The position numbers and the translations under genes were made by a program. DNA of 63,378 nt, the filler included, from Octopus bimaculoides (Eukaryota): the NCBI RefSeq assembly GCF_001194135.2. It is 10 parts of 9 records of this genome, joined end to end, with 100 filler letters (N's around TTAATTAATTAA, not from the genome) between each part and the next. Parts side by side here need not be neighbours in the genome. Positions count along the whole stretch, not along the records: positions 46,877 to 53,128 come from NC_068986.1; positions 53,229 to 57,932 come from NC_069009.1; positions 58,033 to 59,837 come from NC_068988.1; positions 59,938 to 62,101 come from NW_026320201.1; 6 more parts are not named here. One strand, written 5' to 3'. Positions 47,583-59,939 of the stretch are shown in pieces. The first letter of the stretch is position 1; each line of letters starts with the position of its first letter. The notes beneath the pieces were generated by a model. The model had not been told where the DNA came from, searched no databases, and saw only the letters and a list, made by a program, of their open reading frames with translations.

Positions 47583-47844
47583 GTATGCGCGCGTTCCGGA
47601 ACAATGGTTTGTTTGCTTCATGATCGACCCAAGCTTCTTCAATTTAGCAGTTTGTAGCAGTAATTTAGTGGTCATAACGGTCTATTTAGCTTGTGTCGAA
47701 GGTATTTAGACTGCTCAAACCATTCAAAGAAGAAATAAGAAGAAATCATATTTTTCTACCGATGTTGGCAGTCACAGCTCTCAACATTAAGACGTAGAAA
47801 ATTTGAAAGTTGGGTTCGTGAATATATATTTAAATTTTTCATAA

Positions 47845-48735
47845 CACCCAAAATAGAAATTCTTAGCCAAAGTGGAAAAGAAAAAATTGCACACAGACAT
47901 TTATTTGCATTTGATAAGTTTAGTAAGAGTGACAACAATATAAAATTTTGGCGTTGTGATCAAGGTTCTAGGTGCAATGCAAGGGTTCATATAAAGTTTG
48001 GCGCAGTTATCAAGGAAGTAAACGCGCATCCCCATAATTCGTCTACAGTTAATATAGAGGTGACTAAAGTGTACAAACCCTTGAAACGTCGTGCCGAAGA
48101 CACCGTTGAAAAGCCAAGTGTAGTAATAAGCGAAGCATTAACAAATGCATCTCAGGTTACGTTTGGATCATTGCCAGATCATTGCCAGATGCTTCAGCCA
48201 CGAGGAAAACTATAAAACGCAAAAAGAGAGCCTTAAACGCCCGTCAACTCCTGTAGATCTCCAAGTTGCCACACTAGTACAAAACTTACATTTCTGAGGA
48301 AGAAAGAAGAACATTTCCTGATCGGTGATAGTAGTCTCGGACTACATAGAAGTTTGCTTTTCGGGAGAGGAAGTTGTCCGCGGCATTTACGTTCATCTGA
48401 TACTTGGTATGGTTTGCCGGCTGAACTTTTAAAATAACACCAAGATTATTTTCACAAGTTTACATTATTCTTGCAAAGAAATTCGATGGTGTTGTTCCAG
48501 TTGTCTATGCTCTTTGCCAAACAAGCAGAGATTAACTTATGTAAAGATGTTTGAAATGTTCAAAGACGCCGAGCCAACACTAAACCCAGCATCTATTATT
48601 TGCGACTTTGAACAAGCAGCCTTTAAAACCATGAAGGAACCTTTGCCAGAAGTTGAAATAAAAGAATGTTTTTTTTTTCCATTTAGCACAAAATATGCAC
48701 AAAAAGATAGCTGCCATGGGTTACACTTCTTAAAT
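47845..48735 (+). mobile_element. Mutator/MULE transposase pseudogene (FLYWCH plus DDE)
   Basis: FAFDK..FWRCDQGSRCNARVH..H.H; TFKITPRLFSQVYII; IICDFEQAA; ECFFHLAQNM; several frameshifts. Confidence 0.88.
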
Positions 48736-48857
48736 TAATCTTTTTATAAATACCTGATAATGTTATTAAAGCGATTAAAGTTATAAAACGAATGAATTAT
48801 TTATTAATCAATTTTACTGGTGTTGGGTTGTCCTGCACCCTATATATATATACATAC

Positions 48858-48888
<31 letters not shown>

Positions 48889-48912
48889 TGTATGTATGTA
48901 TGTATGTATGTA

Positions 48913-48982
<70 letters not shown>

Positions 48983-49006
48983 AACATACATACACACATA
49001 CATACA

Positions 49007-49381
49007 GGCGCAGGCGTGACTGTGTGGTAAGAGGCTTGCTTTCCAACCACATGGTTCTGGGCTCAGTCCCAATACGTAGCACCTTGGGCAAGTGCCTTCT
49101 ACTATAATTTCGGGCTAACCGAAGCCTTGCGAGTAGATTTCGTAGACGGAAACTGTGAGAAGCATGTCCTATATATATAATTGTGTGTGTATGTATCTGT
49201 GTATCTGTGTCTTTGTGTCTGTGTTTGTTCCCCCACCCCATCACAGTTTGACAACCGTTAGAAGAGGCAGTTAGAATAAGTACTAGGCTTAAACAATGAA
49301 TCCTGGGGTCGATTTGGTCGACTAAAACCCTTCAAGGCAGTGCTCCAGAATGACTGCAGTCAGCTGACTAAAACAAGTAAT
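49007..49381 (+). mobile_element. Full-length SINE B
   Basis: Colinear with 18806-19199. Confidence 0.88.
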
Positions 49382-49400
49382 AGAATATATATATGTGTGT

Positions 49401-49466
<66 letters not shown>

Positions 49467-49655
49467 NNNNNNNNNNNNNNNNNNNNNNNNNNNNNNNNNN
49501 NNNNNNNNNNNNNNNNNNNNNNNNNNNNNNNNNNNNNNNNNNNNNNNNNNNNNNNNNNNNNNNNNNNNNNNNNNNNNNNNNNNNNNNNNNNNNNNNNNNN
49601 NNNNNNNNNNNNNNNNNNNNNNNNNNNNNNNNNNNNTATATATATATATATATAT

Positions 49656-49702
<47 letters not shown>

Positions 49703-49718
49703 TAGATATAGATATAAA

Positions 49719-50116
49719 GGCGCAGGTGTGGTAAGAAGCTTGCTTCCCAACCATATGATTCCAGGTTCAGTTCCGCTGCGTGGTTCTTTGGACAAGTATC
49801 TCCTAGTATATCCACGGGCGACCAAAGCCATGTGAGTAGATTTGGTAGACGGAAACTGAAAGAAGCCCCTCATATATATAAGTATGTATATATTTATGTG
49901 AGTGTTTGTGTCTGTGTTTGTCCACCCCGCAACATCGCTTGGCAACTGATGTTGGTGTGTTTACGTCTCCGTAAATTAACGATTCGGCAGAAGTTACCTA
50001 TAGAATAAGCACCAGGCTTACAAAGAATAATTACTGGGGTCGATTTGTTCGACTAAAACCCTTCAAGGAGGCGCCCCAGCATGGCTGCAGTCTGAAACAA
50101 GTCAAAGATAAAAGAA
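49719..50116 (+). mobile_element. Full-length SINE B
   Basis: Colinear with 18806-19199. Confidence 0.88.
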
Positions 50117-50138
50117 TATATATTCGTATATACATATA

Positions 50139-50850
50139 CAGGATGGGTGGAAAGTAAGCAGGTATTAGAAATTGCTTATAGGATTTTTAGTGTTACAGCA
50201 GTCATGACGAAAACCTTTTTTAGACAGACAATACTAATGGGGAGTTCTTATTTTCTTATCGTCTTATTTCTCATTTCTTATTTTCCAGATGACCGGTCGC
50301 TTGACTGTTCAGGAGCGAGCTAAAATAGCAGCACGCTATCAAGTGTGGAATTCCATTGTTTTGCTTCAGACATGGTGGCGTGCATGGAACGGTAAGCATG
50401 CAGCACTACGTTGGGAGACAATAAAGAGTTGTCATGCAAAGCTGATGATCACGGGCTCCGTGAGCGATGCAAGGAGAAGTGGCCATCCAACCACATCCCG
50501 ATCAGCGGAGAACGTGGCAACAGTGCAGGAAATGTTTAATCGCAGCCCGCAAAAATCAGCAGTTCGTGAAAGTGGACTAACAAGACACAGAATACGTACG
50601 GTGTTGCACGAAGAACTGAATTTTCCTCTGTGGAAGCTTCATTACGTGCAGGAGCCAAAACCTGAAGTCTGTGACCGCAGAATTCCAGAAGTCCAGAACT
50701 CTAAGAAGTCCAGATCTCACTCCATGTGATTTTTACCTGTGGGGTTACACAAAAGTGGAGGTGTACAAGACAAACCCTCGTACACCGGAGGACTTGGAGA
50801 CACGGATTCAGGAGATTCTCAATGATATCCTAGACCACGCCCTTCAGCTC
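50139..50850 (+). mobile_element. Internally deleted Tc1/mariner element (DUF4817-type HTH N-terminus fused to C-terminus)
   Basis: TA|CAGG start; MTGRLTVQERAKIAARY..GSVSDARRSG; RSPDLTPCDFYLWGYTK. Confidence 0.85.
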
Positions 50851-51132
50851 TTTAAGCTGAGCACTTGTGCACGTGCGCACACATTTTGCAACTAGCGCAC
50901 AAAGGAAATATTTTCGTACAATATGTTTTCAAAATAGAATTGAATTATTTTATTAAATTTATTCGATTAAGTCTAGACTAGACTACTGATCGCAGACTCA
51001 GAGACAGATACTAAAAACGTTAATTCGGCAATCGAGTGGTTCGATCTCACTTCACAACGTAGTATCTTGGCCAAGTAGATTCTATTATTCGTTCCGTTAG
51101 ACCCAATCGTCGTCTTGTAGTTGTTGTTGTTG

Positions 51133-51204
<72 letters not shown>

Positions 51205-51205
<1 letters not shown>

Positions 51206-51350
51206 GAGTTAAAATTCTCCCAGGTCTTCTTTGTCTCTCATCATTTCGGGGTCGATGAAATAAGAACCAGTTACGCACTGGGGTCGATATAATCGACTTG
51301 CCCCTTCCTCCAAATTTCAGGCCTTGTGCCTATAGTAGAAAAGATTATCA
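51205..51350 (+). mobile_element. SINE A 3' part after (ATT)n
   Basis: GGGGTCGATGAAATAAGAACCAG..TCAGGCCTTGTGCCTATAGTAGAA. Confidence 0.8.
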
Positions 51351-51359
51351 TTATTGTTA

Positions 51360-51760
51360 TATGATTGGCCTTAGCTCTGTGTTTGTACACGTTGACACGA
51401 AGTCTCACCCAGAGACCTCAAGAGACTACTAGAAGCTCAAGTTAGTGTTATGACCAGGGAGCCATATATTTGGTTTTGCACAGAGTATTGTTCTAGAGAA
51501 TGTCTGTCAAAACATAAATAAATTAAAAGTTTGTTTTAAAAGTCATTTGATTATAAGATGATAGTGTGATGTTAAAATGACAGTAAAAGATGTTTGCTAT
51601 TATGGACATTTAAAAGTATTTTAACACTGTTTACAGATTAAAATGCTTTGGGGATTACATAATCAATATTTTACGTAGAGTATGAACAGTTCCCATGAGC
51701 ACTAATTTTTGAATTTCTTCCATTTTGGAATTTCCTGGTATCTGTGCTAGAGAGCAATTA
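51360..51760 (-). mobile_element. Dong-like 3' UTR and C-terminal fragments
   Basis: LAQIPGNSKMEEIQKLVLMGTVHTLRKIL; GTCTCTTGAGGTCTCTGGGTGAGACTT shared with 58140-58170. Confidence 0.75.
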
Positions 51761-51791
51761 GCCTCTATTATTATCATTATCATTATTATTA

Positions 51792-51853
<62 letters not shown>

Positions 51854-51865
51854 GTTATTATTATG

Positions 51866-51898
<33 letters not shown>

Positions 51899-51909
51899 CT
51901 TGTTGTTAT

Positions 51910-52462
51910 TGAGTGAGAGAGCAGTGCATGCCATAAAAGTGACACTGGAGTAAAATATACGAGGCCCAGTATACCCATCATGACTACCCGTCTGATAAGG
52001 GTACACCAGGCACATGCATCACAACTATATGTGCGCGACATGGTGATCTCACATCAAGATAAACAGCGCATGACCTTGCTGGTGAGATCCAGTTTGGATT
52101 TTTTTCAAGTTGAGTAGCCCGGCCCACTTAAATGGTCCTTGAATAATGGTTGTTTAAGGATGTGAACAAAATATGTTTCCAGAAGTGAATTATTCAAACT
52201 CTAAAGAATTCCTCTCAACACATGGCTATGACACTCCGCTACTACTTCTGCTCATGATCAGAGATGCACATATCATCAGCCACCAAAGGACATGCTCAAC
52301 TGGTTATAGTCAAACAACTGACAAGCAAATCTGTGGTATTGGGAAGAATATTTGCTGTAGTCCATCTTTTATACAAAGAGAAAACAATGTACATGATAAC
52401 ACTTCCAATCAGTTAAGATCAGAAGCCATGAGAGCCAATGCCTGGTACAGCATCAGGGCATT
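51910..52462. mobile_element. About 550-bp non-coding element embedded in (ATT)n/(GTT)n tracts
   Basis: Complex, moderately GC-rich sequence with sharp borders on triplet microsatellites at both ends; no ORF recognised. Confidence 0.5.
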
Positions 52463-52463
52463 C

Positions 52464-52551
<88 letters not shown>

Positions 52552-53038
52552 CTAGTAGTACTAGTAGTAGTATTGTTGTTGTTGTTGTTGTTGTTGTTAT
52601 TGTTATTGTTGTTGTTGTTATTGTTGTTGTTGTTATAATTAAAAGGAGAGAGAAAGCGAAAGAAGTGAGATGTAAATAGGAACTAGTTTATTCATACTGA
52701 AGATTTTGTCCCGCACTTCAACTCTTACGCCCTCCATCCCACGGTATACACATTCCTCCAAATTTACGATCTTTACTTAAGAAGAACATTCTGTGGAATG
52801 CTACTGGGTCACAAGATTATGAAGATTTTAAGTCTCTGTAAATAATGTTATTTAGTCGGAGGTATCATGATACCAAAATAATAGCAATAAACACCATCTA
52901 ATTTCTTTGTTGATGAGTGGCTTGAACGTAGTCTACCGAAAAATTGGTGAGATGCTAAATTTGGATTGCAGTTACAGAGAACTTCCACTTTATATATATA
53001 TACATACATACATATATACACACACACACATACATACA

Positions 53039-53069
<31 letters not shown>

Positions 53070-53509
53070 TTATATATGTATATTATGTATATATCTATAT
53101 CTATGTGTGTGTGTGTGTATATATATATNNNNNNNNNNNNNNNNNNNNNNNNNNNNNNNNNNNNNNNNNNNNTTAATTAATTAANNNNNNNNNNNNNNNN
53201 NNNNNNNNNNNNNNNNNNNNNNNNNNNNTATTGACCGGAAGCATGTGACCATGCCGGTGTAAAGGGAAGAGAGAGAAACAGAGGGAGGAAGTAGAAGAAT
53301 AGGTGAGCAACGAGAGGAAAAGAGAAAGAGGGGAAAAACGAGGGGGAAAAAGAGATACGTAGTAGTAACAGAGGAAGAACGAGAGGAGTAAAGGGAGATA
53401 CGTAGTAGTACAGAGGAAGAACGAGGGGGGGAAGGAAAGAGAAAGAGATAGAGTAGCGTCGGAGGATATGAGTTACGAAAACTACTTACATTATATATAT
53501 ACATATATA

Positions 53510-53665
53510 CAATGGGCTTCTTTCAGTTTCTTTCAACCAAATCCACTCACAAGGTTTTGGTCAGTAGAAAACACTTGCCCAAGATGCTTTGCTGTGGGAC
53601 TGTACCCGGAACCATGTGGTTGGTAAGCAAGCTACTTACCACACAGCCACTCCTATGCCTGTTCA
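53510..53665 (-). mobile_element. SINE B 5' half
   Basis: Reverse complement of GGAGTGGCTGTGTGGTAAGTAGCTTGC..GAAAGAAGCCC. Confidence 0.85.
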
Positions 53666-53860
53666 AGATGGTGCCCCAGCATGACCACAGTCCAATGGCC
53701 AAAACAAATAAAAGATCAGAAGAGTTGGTTGTTACTTTTTAAAATGTCGGTCTGCTACTAGTTGCATTGTTTGATTGAAAAAAGCGAAAATGAAATAAAG
53801 ACATTGTATCATCAAGTTGGAATATTGGCCAATTATTTTTTAACAATAACGAGCGAGGTG

Positions 53861-53892
<32 letters not shown>

Positions 53893-54427
53893 CATCATCA
53901 TTATTATAAGTCATTAAAAAAAAAAGATTATAGTTTTTAAAACACATCAAATTCTGAATTGAAAAAAGAAAAAAATTGAAAGAATATAAAAAAGAAATTG
54001 TATGGAAACACTGGAGCTTTTAATGTAACCGACTGGATGCTGGGAAAATATCACAATAGGGTACTGAACCCCTAATTAAAATGGCTTTTAACTTAATTGT
54101 TTCTGAGAGACTACTGGGAGTTAGTTTTCAAGCATCACGTCTAAATAATTCCTGGATTTAAATAAAGGTTCCATTGTATTTGAATTTTTACGGATTACCC
54201 TAATTTTCTATTTGCTTAAGAAAACATGCCCCTCCAATCCCCTACTCTCTCTCTCTCAAAAAAAAAAAATGCTGGGGACCAGCATTCCATTAACAAGGTG
54301 GCTTTTAGCCGAGATATTTACAGAAATTATTGGGGTTTATTATTATGTAACACGTCATCTAAATATCGCTAAATTAAAAGAAATTCCATTGTGTGAGAAC
54401 GTTGATAAATTGTTGCTTACATTCTGT

Positions 54428-55450
54428 AGGCACAAGCTTGGCTGTGTGGTTAAGAAGCTTGTTCTTTAACCTCATGGTTCCAGGTTCAGTCCCACTGTGT
54501 GGCACCTTGGGCAATCGTTTTTTTTACTTTAACTTTTGACTGATCTATGCCTCATGAGTGGATTTAGCTGATGGAAACTAAAAGAAGCCCATTGTGTATC
54601 AATTGGTGCAAGCAATAGGTTAAGAGGCTTGCTTTTCAACAATGTGCTTGCTGGTTCAGTCCCACTATGTGGTACCTTGAGCAGTTGTTTTTTACTTTAG
54701 CTTCCAACTGATCAATTCCTTGTGAGTGGATTTAGTTGATGGAAACTGAAAGAAGCCCATTATGCACCTGTTAGTGCAGGTAAGATTGTGTGGTTAAGAA
54801 ACCAGGTTCAGTCCCACTGCATGGCACCTTGGGTAAGTTTTTTATACTTTAGCCCTAGACTGATCAATTCCTTGTGAGTGGATTTAGTTGATGGAAACTG
54901 AAAGAAGCCCATTATGCACCTGTTAGTGCAGGTAAGATTGTGTGGTTAAGAAACCAGGTTCAGNNNNNNNNNNNNNNNNNNNNNNNNNNNNNNNNNNNNN
55001 NNNNNNNNNNNNNNNNNNNNNNNNNNNNNNNNNNNNNNNNNNNNNNNNNNNNNACTGATCAATTCCTTGTGAGTGGATTTAGTTGATGGAAACTGAAAGA
55101 AGCCCATTATGCACCTGTTAGTGCAGGTAAGATTGTGTGGTTAAGAAACCAGGTTCAGTCCCACTGCATGGCACCTTGGGTAAGTTTTTTATACTTTAGC
55201 CCTAGACTGATCAATTCCTTGTGAGTGGATTTAGTTGATGGAAACTGAAAGAAGCCTGTTGTGTATCTACTAATGCCAGCAAGGCTGTGGGATTAGGGAG
55301 CTTGCTTTTTCAACTACATGGTTCTGGGTTCAGTCCCACTCTGCAACACATTGGGCAAGTGTTTACAGAAGTGTCCTCTACTATGGCACCAGGCTGACCG
55401 ATTCCTTGTGAGTAAATTTGGTGGATGGAAACTGTGTGGAAGCCTAGTGC
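54428..55450 (+). repeat. Tandem array of SINE B heads (152-bp satellite)
   Basis: ACTGATCAATTCCTTGTGAG at 54707, 54859, 55054 and 55206; central units identical. Confidence 0.92.
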
Positions 55451-55576
55451 ATATATGTATATGTTTGTGCATGTGTTTTTCTGTTTGTCTCCTCAACATT
55501 ATTTGACATCTGGTGTTGATTTGTTTACATCCTGATAACTTAGTGTTTCAGAGAAAGAAACTGATAGAGTACATAC

Positions 55577-55912
55577 CAGGCATGGCTGTGTGGTAAGAAG
55601 TTTGCCTCCTTACAACGTGGTTCTGGGTACAGTCCCAATGTATGGCACATTGGGCAAGTGTCTTCCACTATAACCTCACGTGAACCAAAACCTGTGTGCG
55701 CATGTGTGTCTTTCTGACGGTGTTTGCCTCTCATAACCACTTGAAAACTGTGGCTGGTGTGTTTACATTCCTGTAACTTAGCAGTTCAGCAAATTAAACT
55801 AAAAAAAATAAAAGATAGTATTAGGATTGATTCATTGATTCATTCATCTTAAATTTTTTAAGGTGATGCCCCAGCATGGCCACAGTCTAATGACTGAAAT
55901 AAGTGAAAGATA
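55577..55912 (+). mobile_element. SINE B
   Basis: Head GGCATGGCTGTGTGGTAAG and tail CCCAGCATGGCCACAGTCTAATGACTGAAAT. Confidence 0.8.
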
Positions 55913-56616
55913 AAACAAAAAAGCCACAAGTCATTATTAAAATGGCTTTTAGTTGAATTCTTTAACAGAAATTATTACCGTAAGCCATCTAAATATTCCT
56001 CAATTCAGATAAATGTTCATTGTATCAGAATTTTTTAATGGTAACTCCAATTTACTAGTTGCTCAAGAAAACCCAAACCCTCAGTCCCCACCTTCGCAAA
56101 ATATGGAAAAAATGAATGAAAAGAAAAAAGGGTAAATGCTTAAATAAAAACCAGGGATTTCAGATTTCACGCCCCCATTCTCACAACAGCTTTTAGTTGG
56201 TGATCATCAGAGATTGTTCTAAAACACATGTCATCTAAATGCGTCTTAATTTAAAAGAAATTGCTTTGCATGAAACTGCAGAATTCTACAAGAGGATAGT
56301 GGGTGGGGGAAGGTGCTTTTGGGCTGTTAAAATAAAAAATAAAATAATGATTTAAAACACACACAGGGTCGTCCCCTTCATGGAATGGACTATTTTGTCG
56401 ACACAAAATTAGACTATCATTAAAATTCTTAAGTCAGATAATTTTCCATGATTCAACATAATTATTTCAATATCATTATTAATATTACCATTATTATCAA
56501 TATTTTTATTCTATTATTATTATTATTATTATTATGGTTATTGGTGTCTTTATAATTATTTAAATTTGGTTTTTGTCATATCTCTCCCACTGACGGTTGA
56601 CTCAGGATAAATATTA

Positions 56617-56647
<31 letters not shown>

Positions 56648-56649
56648 TG

Positions 56650-57060
56650 GATCGATATAATTGACTAGCCCCCCTCCCCAAAAATGTCAGGCCTTGTGCC
56701 TATAATAGAAAGGTTTGTTACTATTATTACTGTTTAGGGGTTGATAAAATAAATACCAGTTGACTACTGGGGTCGATATAATTGACTTATCCCTACCCCC
56801 AAAATTTCAGGCCTTGTGCCTATTGTAGAATGGATTATTATTATTAATATTATTATTATTACTATTATTATTATTATTAAGGCAGTGAGCTGACAGAAAC
56901 GTTAGCATGCTGGACGAAATGCTTAGTGATATTTCGTCTGTCTTTACGTTTTGAGTTCAAATTCCGTCAAGGTCGACTTTGCCTTTCATCCTTTCAGGGT
57001 CGATGGATTAAGTACCAGTTGCATACTGAGGAGAGGGGGGGGGCGATCTAATTGACTGCC
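56650..57060 (+). mobile_element. Chain of SINE A copies and tails separated by (ATT)n
   Basis: The tail occurs twice (about 56685 and 56805), then a full head at 56880. Confidence 0.85.
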
Positions 57061-57597
57061 CTCCCCCTCCCCAAAAACTTCTACCACCAACACCACCACC
57101 AACACCACCACCCCCAACACCATCACTACCACCACATCAACATCCTCATTACCATCACCTCACCACCAACGCCACCACCCCCAACACTACTACCACCAAC
57201 ATCACCACCACCACCAGAACCCTCATTACCACCACCACCACTACCACCATCGATACCACCAACACCACCACCGCTGCCACCAATTATTCTCCAAGCAAAG
57301 CAACATTGCTGTTGATATTGTTCTGGTTGTTGTTGTTCTTTGTTTATTTTGAATGCTAACTCAAAGGTTTGGCACTTTTTTGCTACGTTTCAGCTACCAC
57401 TCCTGGGACATGTGCATATACGTACATGTGTGTATGTATGTATATGTCTGTGTTTATAAGTGGGGATATGTGTGTGAGCCTGTGTACTTGAATACACCCA
57501 TGTACTGCGTATGTGTATATACATGTATGTGTGTGTTTATGTACATGTGTATATGTATGTGTATGAATGCATGTATCGGTATGTGCTTATGTGTGTG

Positions 57598-57638
<41 letters not shown>

Positions 57639-58074
57639 TAAATATACAGGGATTAGCAATTGAGTTGCTTCTCCAACATACTGAAAATTCAGAAATAGCA
57701 GTCAAAGAACTACTGATTCCAAACTACAAATTTTTCTCTAAAGCGGATGGCGATATTTATGGCACACATAGAACAAAAAACCGGAGGGAAAAGCGTAAAC
57801 AAACCAAGCCTTTAGTTAATTGGATACGAATCGTTTCATGGTTAAGTGAATGGAAATTTCACTATTCCAATCTTCAGCCCAAATATTCTGATAGATATGA
57901 AAGTGTCTCTAAAAAAAAATTCACGGTAATTTNNNNNNNNNNNNNNNNNNNNNNNNNNNNNNNNNNNNNNNNNNNNTTAATTAATTAANNNNNNNNNNNN
58001 NNNNNNNNNNNNNNNNNNNNNNNNNNNNNNNNAAACACATAATTTTCTTATGGTTTCTTAAACATTCACTTGAA

Positions 58075-58265
58075 CAAAACTGTACAAATCCAAATATATG
58101 GTACCCTAGGCATAACACCTACATGAACTTCTAACTTGTTGTCTCTTGAGGTCTCTGGGTGAGACTTGGATCCAACTTGTACAAATGCAAAACAAAAGTC
58201 AAACATAAAATAATAATAATAATAATCATAATAATAATGATGATGATGATGATGATGATGATGAC

Positions 58266-58298
<33 letters not shown>

Positions 58299-58900
58299 AT
58301 CTTTAATTTTCTACCAGGGTGAATGATGACGAGGACAACGCATAGACAGACATAAAAGTGTTCGGGTTTATATTTAATGAAATTATTAAAAAATAAGAAA
58401 GAAAAATAGGGGAGTATACATGATATACAATAAGACAAAGAGAGGTATACCTTGTATACAACAGAAAAGAAGGGGCAAATGGTGATAGTGATGTGAATCT
58501 CCTGATACAAGAGATCTTCTAGTGATAATTGAAGAACTGTACCGCCTAAGATTTCTCTGAATATCAAGGGCATATACCCTCTCCAAGCTCTTAACACCTT
58601 AGCTGTACCTGCTGTATATCATTGCCTAAATGTAATAAAATCAAATCTAGCTGACCTACAAAAAAAAAACGGACAGAAAACTTCAAACTGCTAATAGAAT
58701 GTACAATCAAAGGCAGATATTGACCGCTTCGACCTGCTAAGGAAAGAAATTCGACGAGGGCTGATCCAAGTAGTATTCCCATAAAAAGCGACTACCATTG
58801 GTCTGTAGAAGTATTTAAACACGACCAATGATTGGATGATAATGTTAATAGGAGAATTCCAGAAAAAGCTCCAATCTGTAAACAAAGTAGCTGTGAAATA
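58075..58900 (+). mobile_element. Dong-like 3' end with (AAT)n tail, followed by a degenerate RT fragment
   Basis: 3' UTR 58075-58215; QALNTLAVPA and DIDRFDLLRKEIRRGLIQ at 58570-58770. Confidence 0.65.
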
Positions 58901-59384
58901 CACAGCGGAATTACACACGAGAGACGCAGAAAACGCTAACGACGACTAATATCAACAAAAGCAACCAAATTTCATAGGATGTAAGCGGAGAAAGAGAGAT
59001 ACAGTGAGAGAGAAAATGAGTCAGAGAGGGAGAGTTAAAATAACAGGTTGGGGATAAGTATCAACTTTGCGAAAAGTATGTAGAGATAGGCTTGCAATGA
59101 ACTAGAATGTGATTATGTCGATAAATTTCGGAAAATAAAACATATCTATGGTAAATTTATAGATGAAAAATGCGTGTTACTTAATTATATTTTAAGGTGA
59201 TAAATAATATTCTTCCGAATATTAGTTTTCATTTCCTCATTTTGTATAAGCACAAAGAAATTTGATAAATATTGAATTATAATTATTGCATATTTGCTAT
59301 AGTTCCCGATATTATCCGTAGTGGCACAGGTATACTCCCAATATATATATGATGATTAATACGCAATAGTAGAAGTAGTAACAA

Positions 59385-59830
59385 TAATAATAAGAATAGT
59401 TTCAAATGTTGGTACAAGGCCAACAAGTTCAGAGTAGTTAGGAAGTCCATTACAGCGACCCCAGTTCTTAATTGGTCCTTACTTTATCGACCTAGAAACG
59501 ATGAAAAGCAAAGTCGACCTCAGCGGAATTTGAACTCAGAATGTAAAGACGGACGAAATGACGCTTGATATTTTGCCCAGTGTACTGACCACTCTGCCAG
59601 CCCGTCGCCTTAACAAAAATGCGTGTTACAGTAATGATTTCAATTTTTGGCACAAGACCAGCAAGTTCAAGAGAGGGCTTTAATCGATTACAACGATCCC
59701 AGTTTTCAACCGGTACTTATTTTATCGACCCCGAGAAGATGAAATGCATAATCAACCTTGGTGGAATTTGAACTCAAAATGATGGTAAGGCGAACGAAAA
59801 GCCACTAAGTATTTCACCCGGAGTGCCAAC
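59385..59830 (-). mobile_element. Two tandem old SINE A copies
   Basis: AAAGTCGACCTCAGCGGAATTTGAACTCAGA and a second copy at about 59750. Confidence 0.75.
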
Positions 59831-59939
59831 AATAATGNNNNNNNNNNNNNNNNNNNNNNNNNNNNNNNNNNNNNNNNNNNNTTAATTAATTAANNNNNNN
59901 NNNNNNNNNNNNNNNNNNNNNNNNNNNNNNNNNNNNNTT

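Noticed and set aside
57052-57315. His/Pro-rich ORF
   Set aside because: A (CCA)n-derived low-complexity tract following a SINE.
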